Shown here: one piece after another, positions 1 through 10,929 of the stretch | Layout: the number at the start of each line of letters is the position of its first letter | Numbering within the stretch: the stretch's first letter is position 1 | Source: a virus | Lineage: Duplodnaviria; Caudoviricetes | Length of the DNA stretch: 64,000 bases | Direction: 5' to 3' (one strand) | Virus record (IMG/VR): IMGVR_UViG_3300038443_002533 | Location: 1-64,000 of that record | The notes under the pieces: generated by a model | Told to the model about the DNA's origin: nothing | Databases searched by the model: none | Seen by the model: only the letters and a program-made list of their open reading frames with translations | Position numbers and translations under genes: made by a program

Positions 1-2
1 AG

Positions 3-389
3 TGCATCGAAGGGTTTATGCTGTTCGTGCGCACCGGCTGTCAAGATGACGCTTTCCGGCACATGAACGGTGCCGATGCCAAACGCTACTACCGGGAGCA
101 ATGCCGTACCCGGCAACTCCAAAAACATGAGATCCCCAACGAAAAGGAGATTTTGCTGCATGCGCTCTTCGCGCAACTGCAACAACATTCTGTGATAGCC
201 ACGCTGTTCACCGAATCGAGTTTGCCGTTCGATGCTTACTATTTCTACGGTGATGGTAAAGTCCCGATCCGGCAAGGCAATGCCGCGGTGTTGATCGCCG
301 CGTTGACCGAGCTGCGCGACCACATGAAGCAACACCAGACGCCACCGCCTTTACCGCCCGAGCAATACGAGCAGTTAAGGAAGGTGTAA
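3..389 (+). CDS. NADAR-family (T4 gp30.3/YbiA-like) protein, 5'-truncated by the window edge
   Basis: Frame is open from nt 3 (CIEGFMLFVRTGCQDDAFRHMNGADAK...LFAQLQQH...ESSLPFDAYYFYG). The xEGF start, G.dAK, 'AQLQQH' and 'SLPF..YY.yG' pattern matches my recollection of phage NADAR domains. Confidence 0.55.
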   Translation, partial: CIEGFMLFVRTGCQDDAFRHMNGADAKRYYREQCRTRQLQKHEIPNEKEILLHALFAQLQQHSVIATLFTESSLPFDAYYFYGDGKVPIRQGNAAVLIAALTELRDHMKQHQTPPPLPPEQYEQLRKV

Positions 390-402
390 CCCTCTCCTCG
401 TT

Positions 403-430
403 AGGCGCCCTTCGGGGCGTCTTTTTTTTT
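403..430 (+). terminator. Rho-independent terminator
   Basis: AGGCGCCC-TTCG-GGGCGTCT stem with UUCG tetraloop followed by a T9-10 run. Confidence 0.9.
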
Positions 431-445
431 GTTTAAAGGTAGCGC

Positions 446-1681
446 ATGTTAACCTCCAAACCTCTTGCTTCCACTACCTTCATCGCGGGCCCGCAAGACG
501 ATCTGGCCACGCCGGACGTGTATGAGATCCAGAGCGATGCGGTGATTAACGATTTGCCCGTCCCGAGTTCGATCGCCGACGTGAGTGACATCACGGAAGA
601 AACCCGTGGCGGGAACTCGATGCTGGCCAGCCTCCCGAGCCTGACGTCGATCAACGGTTCCAGCTCTAGCTCCAGTTCGAGCAGCTTTCTCGATAAAGTC
701 AAGTCGTACGGGTCGTCGATGGCCAAAGCCGTGGGTGGTGTCTCCGGGATCAAAGCCATCGCCCAAGGCGGGGGTCCGAGCTTGCTGGCCCGTCTTGGTA
801 ACGGCACGCTTAATGGTATCCCAGGTCTGAGTAGCGGTGCCCTGACGTCGCTCTCCAGTGTGCTGCGTAATAACAACATGCCGCCCGAAGTCCAACGGCT
901 TTTCAATGCCCCGATTCCGAACACGATGGGCACCTACGGCAGCATGGGTAACTCATTCGTGCGCCTCCCCAGCAATAACGTGAACCAGTCTTACCAGATG
1001 AGTTCGCTGATCAATGGGGTGATGAATACGAACAGCAGCAACATCGTCGACCGTGACAGTTCATCCCGTTTGATTGCCGGTCTGGCCATGGGTGGGCAAA
1101 GCAGTGGCTTGAACAATTCCTTCAGCACCCTGGCTCCACTGGCCGGGAATGACCAATCGATCCTGCTCAACGCCGGTATCGCCGTGGCTAGGTACAGCGC
1201 GGTCACGGGTAACATCGGTGGGTTGAAAGATGTGTCCACCGCCATCGGTCCACAAAACTTGACGGTGATTGGCAAATCACTGGCCAAGACCTTCTCATCC
1301 GGTTATCAACCCTCCAGTACCGCGCCTCAATCCAACACGACCCGGGTGAGTGACTTCACCGATCTCTCGGATACGCTGGACGCGATCGATCCGGGTTGGA
1401 TGCGGGAAGACCGCATGAAGGTGGATATCGCGACGCAACTGCCGGTGATGGATTTTCCCGTGACCGATGTGACGATGGTGCAAAGTGGTACGCCGGACTT
1501 CAAGGCCATGGTCCAAGCGGGTGCACTCAAGTCCACGGATCCGGAAAAGAAATGGTTACTCACCGGGACATTGTTTGACAGCACCTCCCCCGAGGCGGAA
1601 CTGGCCAAGCAATTCCCGCTCACGATCACCAGTATCCAAAGCAATACCTTAGCGAACACGACCACGATCGCGTCCGCTTAA
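446..1681 (+). CDS. Hypothetical, probably virion structural protein (Ser/Gly/Asn-rich, 411 aa)
   Basis: Long ORF with phage-like codon use, adjacent to tail genes; poly-Ser tract; no catalytic motif recognised. Confidence 0.6.
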   Translation: MLTSKPLASTTFIAGPQDDLATPDVYEIQSDAVINDLPVPSSIADVSDITEETRGGNSMLASLPSLTSINGSSSSSSSSSFLDKVKSYGSSMAKAVGGVSGIKAIAQGGGPSLLARLGNGTLNGIPGLSSGALTSLSSVLRNNNMPPEVQRLFNAPIPNTMGTYGSMGNSFVRLPSNNVNQSYQMSSLINGVMNTNSSNIVDRDSSSRLIAGLAMGGQSSGLNNSFSTLAPLAGNDQSILLNAGIAVARYSAVTGNIGGLKDVSTAIGPQNLTVIGKSLAKTFSSGYQPSSTAPQSNTTRVSDFTDLSDTLDAIDPGWMREDRMKVDIATQLPVMDFPVTDVTMVQSGTPDFKAMVQAGALKSTDPEKKWLLTGTLFDSTSPEAELAKQFPLTITSIQSNTLANTTTIASA

Positions 1682-1690
1682 GCGACATCG

Positions 1691-1725
1691 CTCCCGCTAC
1701 CCCGAAGGGTAGCGGGAGTATGCCG
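1691..1725. terminator. Bidirectional hairpin followed by TATGCCG motif
   Basis: CTCCCGCTACCC-CGAA-GGGTAGCGGGAG between convergent genes, then TATGCCG (1719-1725) and a T-rich run. Confidence 0.8.
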
Positions 1726-1740
1726 TACTTTCTTTTTTTG

Positions 1741-3726
1741 CTACTGTTTATCCGTACCGCGGTAAAACATCCCGAGAGCACGAATGGGGAACGTGTCCCC
1801 CAAGAAGCTGGCCAGGTGCGCAGGGGATTTCCACTGTTCATACTGGGCCATCTTGCGGGTCAAGTTCAACTTCAAATTGCGGAAGCCGTAGATCTGGTCG
1901 TTCAAGGCCATGCCCGACATCACTGCCAGGTAGTCCGAGTACACGGTATCCGGGGTAAAGGCCGAACCGGTCAATGCCACCGCCGTGACTTGACCAGCTT
2001 CCCCACCAATGGCTTGGCCGATCGCTTGCGCCACCCCTTCACCGAAGCTGAAGTTCTCGGTGATTGGCATGTGCATGATCGACGACATGTCCACCACACT
2101 GAAGGTCACGTCAATGCCCAGCGCTTTACCGTCTTGGGTGAAGCCGACGTTACCGGTACCGCGGGTGATGGTGACCGAATCAATCATGCCCAACCGGGTC
2201 TGGCAACGGCCTTGGTCGTACAACTCCACCAAGAACGGCGCCGTGTACGATTGTGCACCAGTGGACTTCGGCAGCACCCCCGCCAAGATCATCGCCACCG
2301 GAATGTCCAGGTTAATGATCTGCGAGATCGGGTTACCGTACGCGGACACGAGGTTCATGGTGTACGTTGAGCGAGCCAAGTTCGCCATCGAGGATTGCCA
2401 ATACTTCGGCAGGTCCACGAAGGCATTACCAGCCAGCGTCGCCAACCCCGACATCTGCACCGAATCCAGTACGCCTTGACCGAACGAGGTTACCGCGTCT
2501 TTGACTTCACCGAACAACGCGCCGACCGCACCACCCACCAGATTACCGTCAGCAAAGTCAAACCGTTTGCTACGCATATCGGCCGACATGCCATTCACCC
2601 GCGACGACAGATTCGATTCGCCCACCGAGTTGGTGAACGAGTCTTGTACGGTGCCAGTCGAGTTGACCCGGAACGACGCGAATGCCGCACCATCGTCGAG
2701 TTCCGCTTCACCGAATTTCACCAACGAAGCAATCAACCCGTCGTTTTGGTCCGTGCCTGATTTGAAGGTATCTTCCAACGCTTCACTCGGGCTGCCTTTG
2801 TCTTGCGTGTCGGACTTAGCTGGGGCTGCTTCAAACCACGACTTCAGATAGTCTTCGAGGTTGGGTTCGTTCGAGCCCGGCAGCGGTAACGCGGTCGACA
2901 TGATGTCACGGGTGGCTTGCTCCAAGTCCGTGATGCCCATATCGCGCGCTTGGTCCAGGCGCTGCTTGAGCAACTTCATGCGCTGGCGTTCCAAGCGTTT
3001 GGCACGGTTGGCCAACGCATACACGTCGATACTGCCACTCGGGCCAAACAAGGTCGGCATCTTGTCGTGCATGATCGGCCCTGCCGCTGCACCGGTGTAG
3101 CCTTTGTCCACCACTTCACTGGCATTGCCAAACACCCGTGGCACCACGCCACGGTTCACCGCCATGTGGTTGACCATGGTGGAAACCGCGTTCCAATACA
3201 GCGGCATCGCTGGTTTAGAATAGTAGAACTTGGTCTTGGGGACTTTCGACAGGAAGTTCACTGCGGCACCCAAGAAGTGTACTGCGAGCAGCTTCCAGGA
3301 CGCGAGTTGGATCACGAAGCCACCGAGTTGTCCCAAGGCGTAAAAGAACTTGTTACCGATCCGGCCGGTACGCGCGACCTGGGCGGTGGAACTGTTGTAG
3401 AACCCCGTGAAAAACGAGGTCAAGGAATTGTGCATCTCGATACCAAAACGCATGTGAATGATCTGCGAATTGTCATCGATGATTTCTTTGTAAGCCCGCC
3501 CTTTTCCCAAACTCCCGGTCAAGGCATTCTTAACACGAATGTCCGCAAAGCGGGTACGGGATGCAGGAGGGTTGATACAGATACTGCCGCCAGGGCGGGT
3601 ATCGGTATAATCGATTACCGCGGTCGTGAAGAACCGCCGCCGATAATCTTCCGACTGGGGATCGAGTTCATCCTTTTTGACAAGGAAAGAACGGCGAACC
3701 CAGGAAGAGTCTGGTTTGACTGCCAT
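1741..3726 (-). CDS. Virion tail/baseplate-associated protein (phiKZ gp182-like by synteny, 661 aa)
   Basis: Lies directly downstream of the giant tail lysin on the same strand; size and position match the phiKZ arrangement. Confidence 0.6.
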   Translation of the reverse strand: MAVKPDSSWVRRSFLVKKDELDPQSEDYRRRFFTTAVIDYTDTRPGGSICINPPASRTRFADIRVKNALTGSLGKGRAYKEIIDDNSQIIHMRFGIEMHNSLTSFFTGFYNSSTAQVARTGRIGNKFFYALGQLGGFVIQLASWKLLAVHFLGAAVNFLSKVPKTKFYYSKPAMPLYWNAVSTMVNHMAVNRGVVPRVFGNASEVVDKGYTGAAAGPIMHDKMPTLFGPSGSIDVYALANRAKRLERQRMKLLKQRLDQARDMGITDLEQATRDIMSTALPLPGSNEPNLEDYLKSWFEAAPAKSDTQDKGSPSEALEDTFKSGTDQNDGLIASLVKFGEAELDDGAAFASFRVNSTGTVQDSFTNSVGESNLSSRVNGMSADMRSKRFDFADGNLVGGAVGALFGEVKDAVTSFGQGVLDSVQMSGLATLAGNAFVDLPKYWQSSMANLARSTYTMNLVSAYGNPISQIINLDIPVAMILAGVLPKSTGAQSYTAPFLVELYDQGRCQTRLGMIDSVTITRGTGNVGFTQDGKALGIDVTFSVVDMSSIMHMPITENFSFGEGVAQAIGQAIGGEAGQVTAVALTGSAFTPDTVYSDYLAVMSGMALNDQIYGFRNLKLNLTRKMAQYEQWKSPAHLASFLGDTFPIRALGMFYRGTDKQ

Positions 3727-3776
3727 AACGCATCCTCAAAAAAGCGAGGGGTGGTGAAACCCCTCGCGGTCTTACA

Positions 3777-6700
3777 TTAGAACGGGGAACGCGGACGAGC
3801 GACCGAGACCGGGGGACGCGGCAACTCGCTGGCCTGACGTGGCATGGTGCGCGCTTCTTGTGAGGACGGGGTGGCGTTAGCGGGATTGGCTGGTGCCGGA
3901 CCCGCTTTCAATCCACTTAAGCCATCACGGATTTCCTTCAGAACCCCTACCGCATCAAGTTGCACCGAGTACGATTTTTCCAAGATGCTGTTGGTTTCTT
4001 GCAGGTTAGAAATACGCACGTCCATTTGTTGCTGCGCATTGGCCATCTGGTCTTGGCTGCGCGTTGGCGGTACGAAACCACCCGCCATCATGGGGTTAAT
4101 GGGTACCGTCGGGGTGGCCACCGGCTTGGCCGTTGTCGGAGTCGGGGTCGGGGTCGTCGCTGGGCTCGGAGTGTTCCCCGGCAAGCCTGGCATGCCCAAC
4201 CCAAACGCTGGCTTCGCGGTCGGTGTGGTCGGTGCAGTCGGTTTGGCGTCTTCTTTCTTGGCCGTGGCTGGCGGTGGTGCTGAAGCTACCAGACTTTCGC
4301 CACCATCCATGGATAAGTTCTGGGACTTACCTTGCAACCGGCTATTGACCAGTTGGTAGATTTGTCCCACCGTCAACGGTTCCCCGTTGCGGCTATAGAA
4401 GATCGAGCGGTTCTTGGCGGCTGCATCCGGCAGGATCATCGCCCCCAAGGCGTTGGGGTCAGCGGTCAAGAACTTCTTCGCCCCACCTGGCCCCAAGAAG
4501 TGTGAGAAGTAAATATCCGTGTCCGTCACCGGACGACCGAGCTTTCCATCGAGTGCATCCACACTTTGCTTGAGGTATTCCGCCCCCATCAAGGCATTGG
4601 CACGGGGATCAGTCGCGGGGGTACCAGGTGCGATACCGTACTTCTTGCCGAATTTCTTCAGCATCCACGACCACGTATCGGAGACGAATTGGTACAAGCC
4701 TGTGGCGGAGGTACCTTTAGCCTTAACCATGTAGTCAAAGCCAGACTCCACCGCAGCCATCGCCGCCATCAACTTCCCATCCACCCCCACCATCTTCGAC
4801 ACCGACAAAATCATGTCTTTGACTGCTGCCCATGATTTATTGCCCTGTGGTTTCGGAATAGCGTTGATGTCACCGCCCGTGCCTTGACCCGGATGTTCCA
4901 TCTCACGCCCACCACTCATCCCACTCGGGGCCGATCCCGAATACGGGTTCGATCCGACTTGGGGCGCAGTCGCAATCCGCGCATTGGCACCCACGGAACC
5001 CGAGACCGCCGCTTTGGTCGATTGCCAGAAGTCCTTGATCGTGCCCAGGAATCCGGTCGATTTCGGCGGTGTGGCCGGTTGACTGTTGGCGGCCGACTTA
5101 CCTGCGGTCGGTTGGTTACCGCCTTTGCCACCCGGCTCTGCCAGCACCATGGCTTTGGCCATATCCTTCAAGCCTTGCATGTTGCCGTCGGTGGAGCGCA
5201 CGTCGGTATTGAGTTCATACCCGGTCCAGGGGGAGGTGCTGACATTCCAGACACTGCCACCGTTGGTGTTGGTGGTGTACAGAGCAGTCGCCACGTCCAC
5301 CGCTTGGTTGGCCTTCAAGACGAGTTTGCCATCGACCGGATCATCCTTCCCGGTTTGGGCTTTCATCAAGCTGGCATAGTTCAAGAACACCGGTAGGAAC
5401 CGCTGGTTGAACCAACTGATCCAGTTTGCCACCAAGCCATCATTCGAGGCATCTACCCCGAAAGCCGGACCCGAGGTCAAGACTTGTTGCTCGACCGAAC
5501 CCGACCATGTAGCGACGTTCTTGGCGTATGTCAGTTTCGGTGTCAAGGCTTTTTCCAAGGCTTGCAGAGCGCGCACCTTATCCAACTCCATCTTCACCAA
5601 GCCATACGCTTTAAACCGCACCACATCGACGCCATCGAGTTTATTCGTACCGAGTGACTCCAACACCACGGACGAGCCCGAGGCCATGACCTGCGCCCCT
5701 TTAGCGGGTTGGACCGACGTTGCCATTCCGCCGAGAGACAAGGCTTTCGCACTCACACCGGCTGGACCGCCTGGTGTACCTGCCGATGCCGTTGCTGTTT
5801 TCGCTGCGCCAATGGCTGCTGCGGCAGTGACCCCGGCCGCTTGCGCGCCCGGTGCTTTCTTCTTCAGTTCGCGTTCAGCCAACTGAATGATTGCGGTCAC
5901 ATCCCCCGCACCCATCTTCAGGCTCGGCAGATCCTTAAATGGCGAGGTGCTGTCGTTGTAGGCGCCTTCCGGGAAACGCGTGGCATTCAGGTATTGCAAG
6001 GCTTGGGTTGGCTCCAGCCCATCCACGTCACTCAACCACTTGTCCGCTGCAATCCCTTTCAAGGCTGCTGCGTGGGTCAAGAACACGGGCTTAAAGCGTA
6101 CACCGAACCAGTGAATCCAATCTTCCATCGCCGACTGGTCGTCTTTATCGATATTGAAATCTTTAAAGAGGGTCATCGGGTCACAGCGTTTCGGATCGAG
6201 CTTGGCGTCACCCTTACCGTAGATCACCGCGTCTTTGAGTTTGTCTTCCAGACCAAACACCGCCGCCAGGTGATCCGTGTCTTGCGGATGGAAACCGTAC
6301 TGGACGTAACGGATACGCGAGAGCAAACCGAGCTTCTTACGGGTGAAGTACTTGTACCCGAAATACGCCCCTGCTGCCACCCCAGCGACTGCGGCCGCGC
6401 CTATCAACACCGGTGCACTGATGACGCCCGCGATCGCGGTACCCGCTGCACTCAGCGCCGTGCCAGCCATGGCAGCACCACTGGCGAGCATACCGCCAGC
6501 GCCCGTCAACAGGCCACCCAGCCCGAGTCCTTCCAGACCGAGCAGACTCGCCCCCACACTCGCCGCACCTTTGATACCACGCCAGCCTTTACCCAGCAGG
6601 AACTTGGCTTTACCTTTGAAACCTTTGGCGTCTTTCCAGCCCGGCCCTTTCGGACCTTTCGGGACTTTATTCCCGCCGCCAGTCACGATGGTGGTATCCC

Positions 6701-9700
6701 CACCCTCAGCATCCTCCTTCTTCCCGCGCAGACGATCCCAGAGCGACTTAGCGCCGTTCTTGATGCGGGTGCCGATCCCAGGTGCACCCGGAGCAGCTGC
6801 CGCACCCGCTGTCGCTTTCTCAGATTCAGCTTTCTGACGCATCTGGTCTTCATAACTCCCGTCACGAATCCCATCACCGTTGCTGTCCCAGTCGCTGTGC
6901 TCTTTCGGCTTGGGCAGACGATCACGCAGCAAATCCCGAATCTCTTTCAAGAACGAGTTTTGCTCCAGTTGGATCTGGGCCGAAGCGGCCAGCACTTCCG
7001 CCGAGGTACCTTTGGCGAACGGGTTCTTGCCCCGCAACAGATCGAATGCGCCACCGATACCGCGCACCCCGGTTTTCACCAAGGTCTTACCCAGCTTTGC
7101 GCCACCGGTGACCAACTTCGTCGCCGCGGTGGTAGCGGTACGACCGATCTTCAGGGCGGTACGGGTGGCGAGCTTTATCCCACCAAACGCCAGGTTCGCC
7201 AACTTAGCCCAACCGGTACGAATGGTTTTGCCGTTTTTGTCTACCAGACCTTTGCGGATATCGTCGTGGGTCAAGACCGTTTCCGGACCATCAGCCCCCA
7301 TGGTCAATACCACGCCATCGATCTGGGATGGCCGTTTGATGACGTTACCGGTAGTGGCAGAGTAATACGCCCCAGCGCGCATCATGCGTGCGGTCATGGC
7401 CGGTTCACCCGGACGACCTTGGACGAAGATGTCTTGGGCCAAATCCATCAAGCCCCACGCTTTCTTGGTCAACCACCATGCCGCACGGAAGACTGGCGGC
7501 AAACCACCCGTCAAGGCACCGAAGACTTTCTTACCGATACCGTAAGCGCTTTTGATGGTCACCCCCAGGGCCTTCAGGGATTTCTTCACCGGACCGATCT
7601 TCTGCCAAGCGTGCTCGACTTCATCGGCCGACAGCATGAGTTGCTCACCCGCTGCGGTACGACGCACCACATCGCCGGTGATATCTTTCAGACGACGGAT
7701 GGGTTGACCCGTGGCTTTATCGAAGTAGACATTCCCTTCTTGCAGCATGCGGCCGTACAACCGTGGACGCCGTTCGTTACCGACGTAGATATCCACGAAG
7801 CCCCGTGCTCGGCGGTATTGGCTGGCCACAGCGAAACTCGCTGCATCCCCTGCCAACCCAGCTGTGCCTTTGAAAATGTTCCAACCGAGTTTTACCCCGC
7901 CGCCGACCAGACCGTTGGCGACCCGTCCACCCAATCGGGCTGTGCCGGTGACGGCGTTGAAGCCACCTTTGACTAGATCGGTCAAGCGCAGGTTCAACCG
8001 GGACAGGCCACGGCGAGCGGCACCGCCTGCACGGCGCAGTGCGCCTTCGGGGGGCACACCACCAGTGGTGATGATACCGTCTTCCAGACGATCGCGGATG
8101 GCCAGCAGAATGTCTTTGATTTCAGTAAAGACATTCTTTTCCGGGCCACGGGTGGCGCTACGACGCAATGCTTCGGTTTGACCCTGGACATTACGCAGCA
8201 GTTGTTCACCCACGCCTTGCGCCCGTTGATGTGCCCCACGCAGACGTTCACCCAAGTCCGACAGGTGTTCATCACGGTGTTCCCACAGATCACGCAGACG
8301 GGTTTGCGCCGCAGCGATTTGTGGTTCGACCCGATTGCGCAGGCGCTGGGCTTCGACATTCACTCGACGCTGAGCGCGTCGCGCTTGCCGCTGGGCTTGT
8401 TCTGCCATGACTTGGGCTTGCTGACGTACGGCATCCAGACGTTGTTGATTCGCATCCAGGAAGCGACGGCTTTGTACCCGGGTTTGACGACTAGCGCGCC
8501 GCGCCATCCGACCCGTGGCACGCATCGCAGAACCAGCACCCTCAACCATCTGGTCAAACATCGATGGCGTACCGTTACCCTGACCCGTGTGCAGATCCGC
8601 TTGCATGGCAGTCAAGATGTCTTTGATGTCCGCCACCAACGGCTTGGTGTTTTGCAGCTCGATGATTTCAATCAAACGCTGGATTTCCGAGACCGTCGAT
8701 TGTTGAGTGGCGCCATGTGCCGCCAGTGCCGAGGGTTCGACCCCGCCTTGACGGATACGACGGCGACCTTGGCCCGGCAGACCCATGATCGCATTGGCGT
8801 TGTAATTCTCCCCTGCGAAATACGCATTGATCTTGGCCATGTCGATTTGCGTTGAACCCGGCTTGATCAAGCCCATGTCTTCCAGCAAATCACGCGGATA
8901 GACTTCGAGCAGTTGTTGAATCTCCGCCCGACGGTCATTCGCCGAACGTCCCACACCGCGGAAACGTGCCGCGAAGTCGAGGTTAGTCGCCCCTTCCGTG
9001 GTTTTGTCTTTCTTGGCCAGCTCTTTAAACAGAGCTGCGTATTTATCACCGTGCGCCGAGTTACCGAAGTTACCGGCATTCAGATAGTTAGAGATCCGGC
9101 CACTTTCATAGCCAGCCCGGCCCCGCAGGTTGTCATTCATCAGAATGTCAGCCAACTCTTTGCGCTGCGCTGGCGTCAACTCACCGCGCGGGTCGACCAT
9201 CTCCAGCACCCGATCGCGTTCATTCTTCACCCCGTTACGCGAGGCTTCATCGAACAAACGGTGGAAGGTGCTTTGCCGAACCGCTTTGGTGTTGGAGAAC
9301 GCCCCGCGGTGATAGTCATACTGGGTCAAATCGATCGCGTTGTTACCCGTGCGTTGGATTTGCAGTTCTTGGTAGATCCGGGCCAGATAGCCCGGGATCA
9401 CTTCCACCAAGGACTTATGCGCTTGGTTGTTGAAAGTGGTTGGGCTATACAAATCGCCGATTCCACTTTCTTTAACTTGGGTGTTGCTGGCGTTGGCACG
9501 ACGCACCGTGCCTTTGGCCAGATCCATCAGTGGGTCACCGATGGCACCAAACAGATTGCTCAAGAACCGACGCTTGTTGTCCGACAGCCGGTCACCAAAC
9601 CGATTGTCCAGGAACTCATCCACCGAGGATGTCGAGTCCGTGGCTCGGTTCGACCAATCCGTGGCGATCTGCGGGGCATTCTCGACACCGTATTGGAGAC

Positions 9701-10859
9701 GATTACCGAAGCGACGCAGTGATTGGGCCTGACGACTGGTGGCGCCAGCGATCTTCTTACCGACACGGGTTGCCGCAAGTTTACCCAACCACTTGGCACC
9801 TTCGCCACCGACCACGTTACCAGCCATGCGGAACTTGTCCATCCCCATTTCCTGGGCCATGGAGATCGAGTCTTGCGCCATCTCGGCGCCGGTGATACCG
9901 TCACGAGCACCCGAAGCGAATTCCCGCAGACTACCCAGTGCTTGTTCGCGGAATGCCCGACCAATGTTTTGGACGAAGTTATTCCGTTGCCCGAAGATCC
10001 CGTCTTGCAGACCAGACATGAGCTTGTTACGCAGCATGTCTTTGAACTTCTCACTGGTCTTGAGCTTAACGATATCCGGCAGCGCAGTGTTATGCAAGAT
10101 CCCCGACATCATTTCGCCGGTGCGCAGATTGTTGCGGCGCATCTCGTTGAGCATGTCAACGTTGACGAAATACTGACGGGCTTGCAGTTCCAGCGATTTC
10201 TTGTGGTAACCGAACTCAACCCGGCGTTGGTACGCCGCCATCGAGACGACCGATTTACGGATGCCGTCGAGCTGGGTGATCGAGCTGTTATACCGGTCGT
10301 TGTCCACCGTATCGCGCAGCGTCTCACGCGCATCGTGTTTGGCTTCCCGACGCGCTTCTTCCTTGGCATTGTAGCGGAAGGTATCGGCCAGAATCCCTGC
10401 CACCGCCATGTCAGTCGCCGCATTCGCCCCGATCCCGGCTTGGGGTTTCTCGCGGTGTTCATCGGCGAATTGCTTGAGGATCCGTTCGGCTGACTTAGGC
10501 AGATACTTACCGCCGGCCGGCATCATTTTATCGATGACACGGCTCACGTCTTTCATCAGCGGCTTGGTTTCCTTCAAGCCTTCATTGTATAGTTCCCGAA
10601 CGGTTGACGCTGATTGGTCGGCCAAATCCAGCATATTACCGTAACCGCGCGGTAAAGCTTTCTTGATAAATTCACGAAAAAATGATGGGCTCTTGACTGC
10701 TTCTTTGGCGCCTTCCCAGGCCCCTTCTGCGATCCGCTCCACTGCTTCGCGTTTGGTCTTGACGGGCTTGGGTTCCAAACTGAATTCATCGAAGTCGAAT
10801 TCATCCCCAAAGTTGTAAGAATCCAGGTCCAGCCTTTCATTAGTTGCTTGCTTGGCCAT
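3777..10859 (-). CDS. Giant tail protein (tape-measure-like) with C-terminal lytic transglycosylase domain (phiKZ gp181-like, 2360 aa)
   Basis: SLT motifs near the C-terminus (AMAAVESGF...SATGLYQF..DTW...DPRANALMGAEYL...IYFSHFLGPGGA, ~nt 4480-4780); long Ala/Gly-rich helical body with a hydrophobic segment; divergent from the vRNAP genes as in phiKZ. Confidence 0.85.
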   Translation of the reverse strand: MAKQATNERLDLDSYNFGDEFDFDEFSLEPKPVKTKREAVERIAEGAWEGAKEAVKSPSFFREFIKKALPRGYGNMLDLADQSASTVRELYNEGLKETKPLMKDVSRVIDKMMPAGGKYLPKSAERILKQFADEHREKPQAGIGANAATDMAVAGILADTFRYNAKEEARREAKHDARETLRDTVDNDRYNSSITQLDGIRKSVVSMAAYQRRVEFGYHKKSLELQARQYFVNVDMLNEMRRNNLRTGEMMSGILHNTALPDIVKLKTSEKFKDMLRNKLMSGLQDGIFGQRNNFVQNIGRAFREQALGSLREFASGARDGITGAEMAQDSISMAQEMGMDKFRMAGNVVGGEGAKWLGKLAATRVGKKIAGATSRQAQSLRRFGNRLQYGVENAPQIATDWSNRATDSTSSVDEFLDNRFGDRLSDNKRRFLSNLFGAIGDPLMDLAKGTVRRANASNTQVKESGIGDLYSPTTFNNQAHKSLVEVIPGYLARIYQELQIQRTGNNAIDLTQYDYHRGAFSNTKAVRQSTFHRLFDEASRNGVKNERDRVLEMVDPRGELTPAQRKELADILMNDNLRGRAGYESGRISNYLNAGNFGNSAHGDKYAALFKELAKKDKTTEGATNLDFAARFRGVGRSANDRRAEIQQLLEVYPRDLLEDMGLIKPGSTQIDMAKINAYFAGENYNANAIMGLPGQGRRRIRQGGVEPSALAAHGATQQSTVSEIQRLIEIIELQNTKPLVADIKDILTAMQADLHTGQGNGTPSMFDQMVEGAGSAMRATGRMARRASRQTRVQSRRFLDANQQRLDAVRQQAQVMAEQAQRQARRAQRRVNVEAQRLRNRVEPQIAAAQTRLRDLWEHRDEHLSDLGERLRGAHQRAQGVGEQLLRNVQGQTEALRRSATRGPEKNVFTEIKDILLAIRDRLEDGIITTGGVPPEGALRRAGGAARRGLSRLNLRLTDLVKGGFNAVTGTARLGGRVANGLVGGGVKLGWNIFKGTAGLAGDAASFAVASQYRRARGFVDIYVGNERRPRLYGRMLQEGNVYFDKATGQPIRRLKDITGDVVRRTAAGEQLMLSADEVEHAWQKIGPVKKSLKALGVTIKSAYGIGKKVFGALTGGLPPVFRAAWWLTKKAWGLMDLAQDIFVQGRPGEPAMTARMMRAGAYYSATTGNVIKRPSQIDGVVLTMGADGPETVLTHDDIRKGLVDKNGKTIRTGWAKLANLAFGGIKLATRTALKIGRTATTAATKLVTGGAKLGKTLVKTGVRGIGGAFDLLRGKNPFAKGTSAEVLAASAQIQLEQNSFLKEIRDLLRDRLPKPKEHSDWDSNGDGIRDGSYEDQMRQKAESEKATAGAAAAPGAPGIGTRIKNGAKSLWDRLRGKKEDAEGGDTTIVTGGGNKVPKGPKGPGWKDAKGFKGKAKFLLGKGWRGIKGAASVGASLLGLEGLGLGGLLTGAGGMLASGAAMAGTALSAAGTAIAGVISAPVLIGAAAVAGVAAGAYFGYKYFTRKKLGLLSRIRYVQYGFHPQDTDHLAAVFGLEDKLKDAVIYGKGDAKLDPKRCDPMTLFKDFNIDKDDQSAMEDWIHWFGVRFKPVFLTHAAALKGIAADKWLSDVDGLEPTQALQYLNATRFPEGAYNDSTSPFKDLPSLKMGAGDVTAIIQLAERELKKKAPGAQAAGVTAAAAIGAAKTATASAGTPGGPAGVSAKALSLGGMATSVQPAKGAQVMASGSSVVLESLGTNKLDGVDVVRFKAYGLVKMELDKVRALQALEKALTPKLTYAKNVATWSGSVEQQVLTSGPAFGVDASNDGLVANWISWFNQRFLPVFLNYASLMKAQTGKDDPVDGKLVLKANQAVDVATALYTTNTNGGSVWNVSTSPWTGYELNTDVRSTDGNMQGLKDMAKAMVLAEPGGKGGNQPTAGKSAANSQPATPPKSTGFLGTIKDFWQSTKAAVSGSVGANARIATAPQVGSNPYSGSAPSGMSGGREMEHPGQGTGGDINAIPKPQGNKSWAAVKDMILSVSKMVGVDGKLMAAMAAVESGFDYMVKAKGTSATGLYQFVSDTWSWMLKKFGKKYGIAPGTPATDPRANALMGAEYLKQSVDALDGKLGRPVTDTDIYFSHFLGPGGAKKFLTADPNALGAMILPDAAAKNRSIFYSRNGEPLTVGQIYQLVNSRLQGKSQNLSMDGGESLVASAPPPATAKKEDAKPTAPTTPTAKPAFGLGMPGLPGNTPSPATTPTPTPTTAKPVATPTVPINPMMAGGFVPPTRSQDQMANAQQQMDVRISNLQETNSILEKSYSVQLDAVGVLKEIRDGLSGLKAGPAPANPANATPSSQEARTMPRQASELPRPPVSVARPRSPF

Positions 10860-10929
10860 ACCGTTCTACTCCTGTATATAGTCATTCCTCTACCCGAGGT
10901 GTCATAGTTTTAGTTTCCCGGGACCTTCC

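Noticed and set aside
4080-4280. Pro/Thr-rich low-complexity repeats in the tail protein and the poly-Ser tract at ~660-690
   Set aside because: Ordinary flexible linkers; no ordered nucleotide repeat or sign of phase variation.
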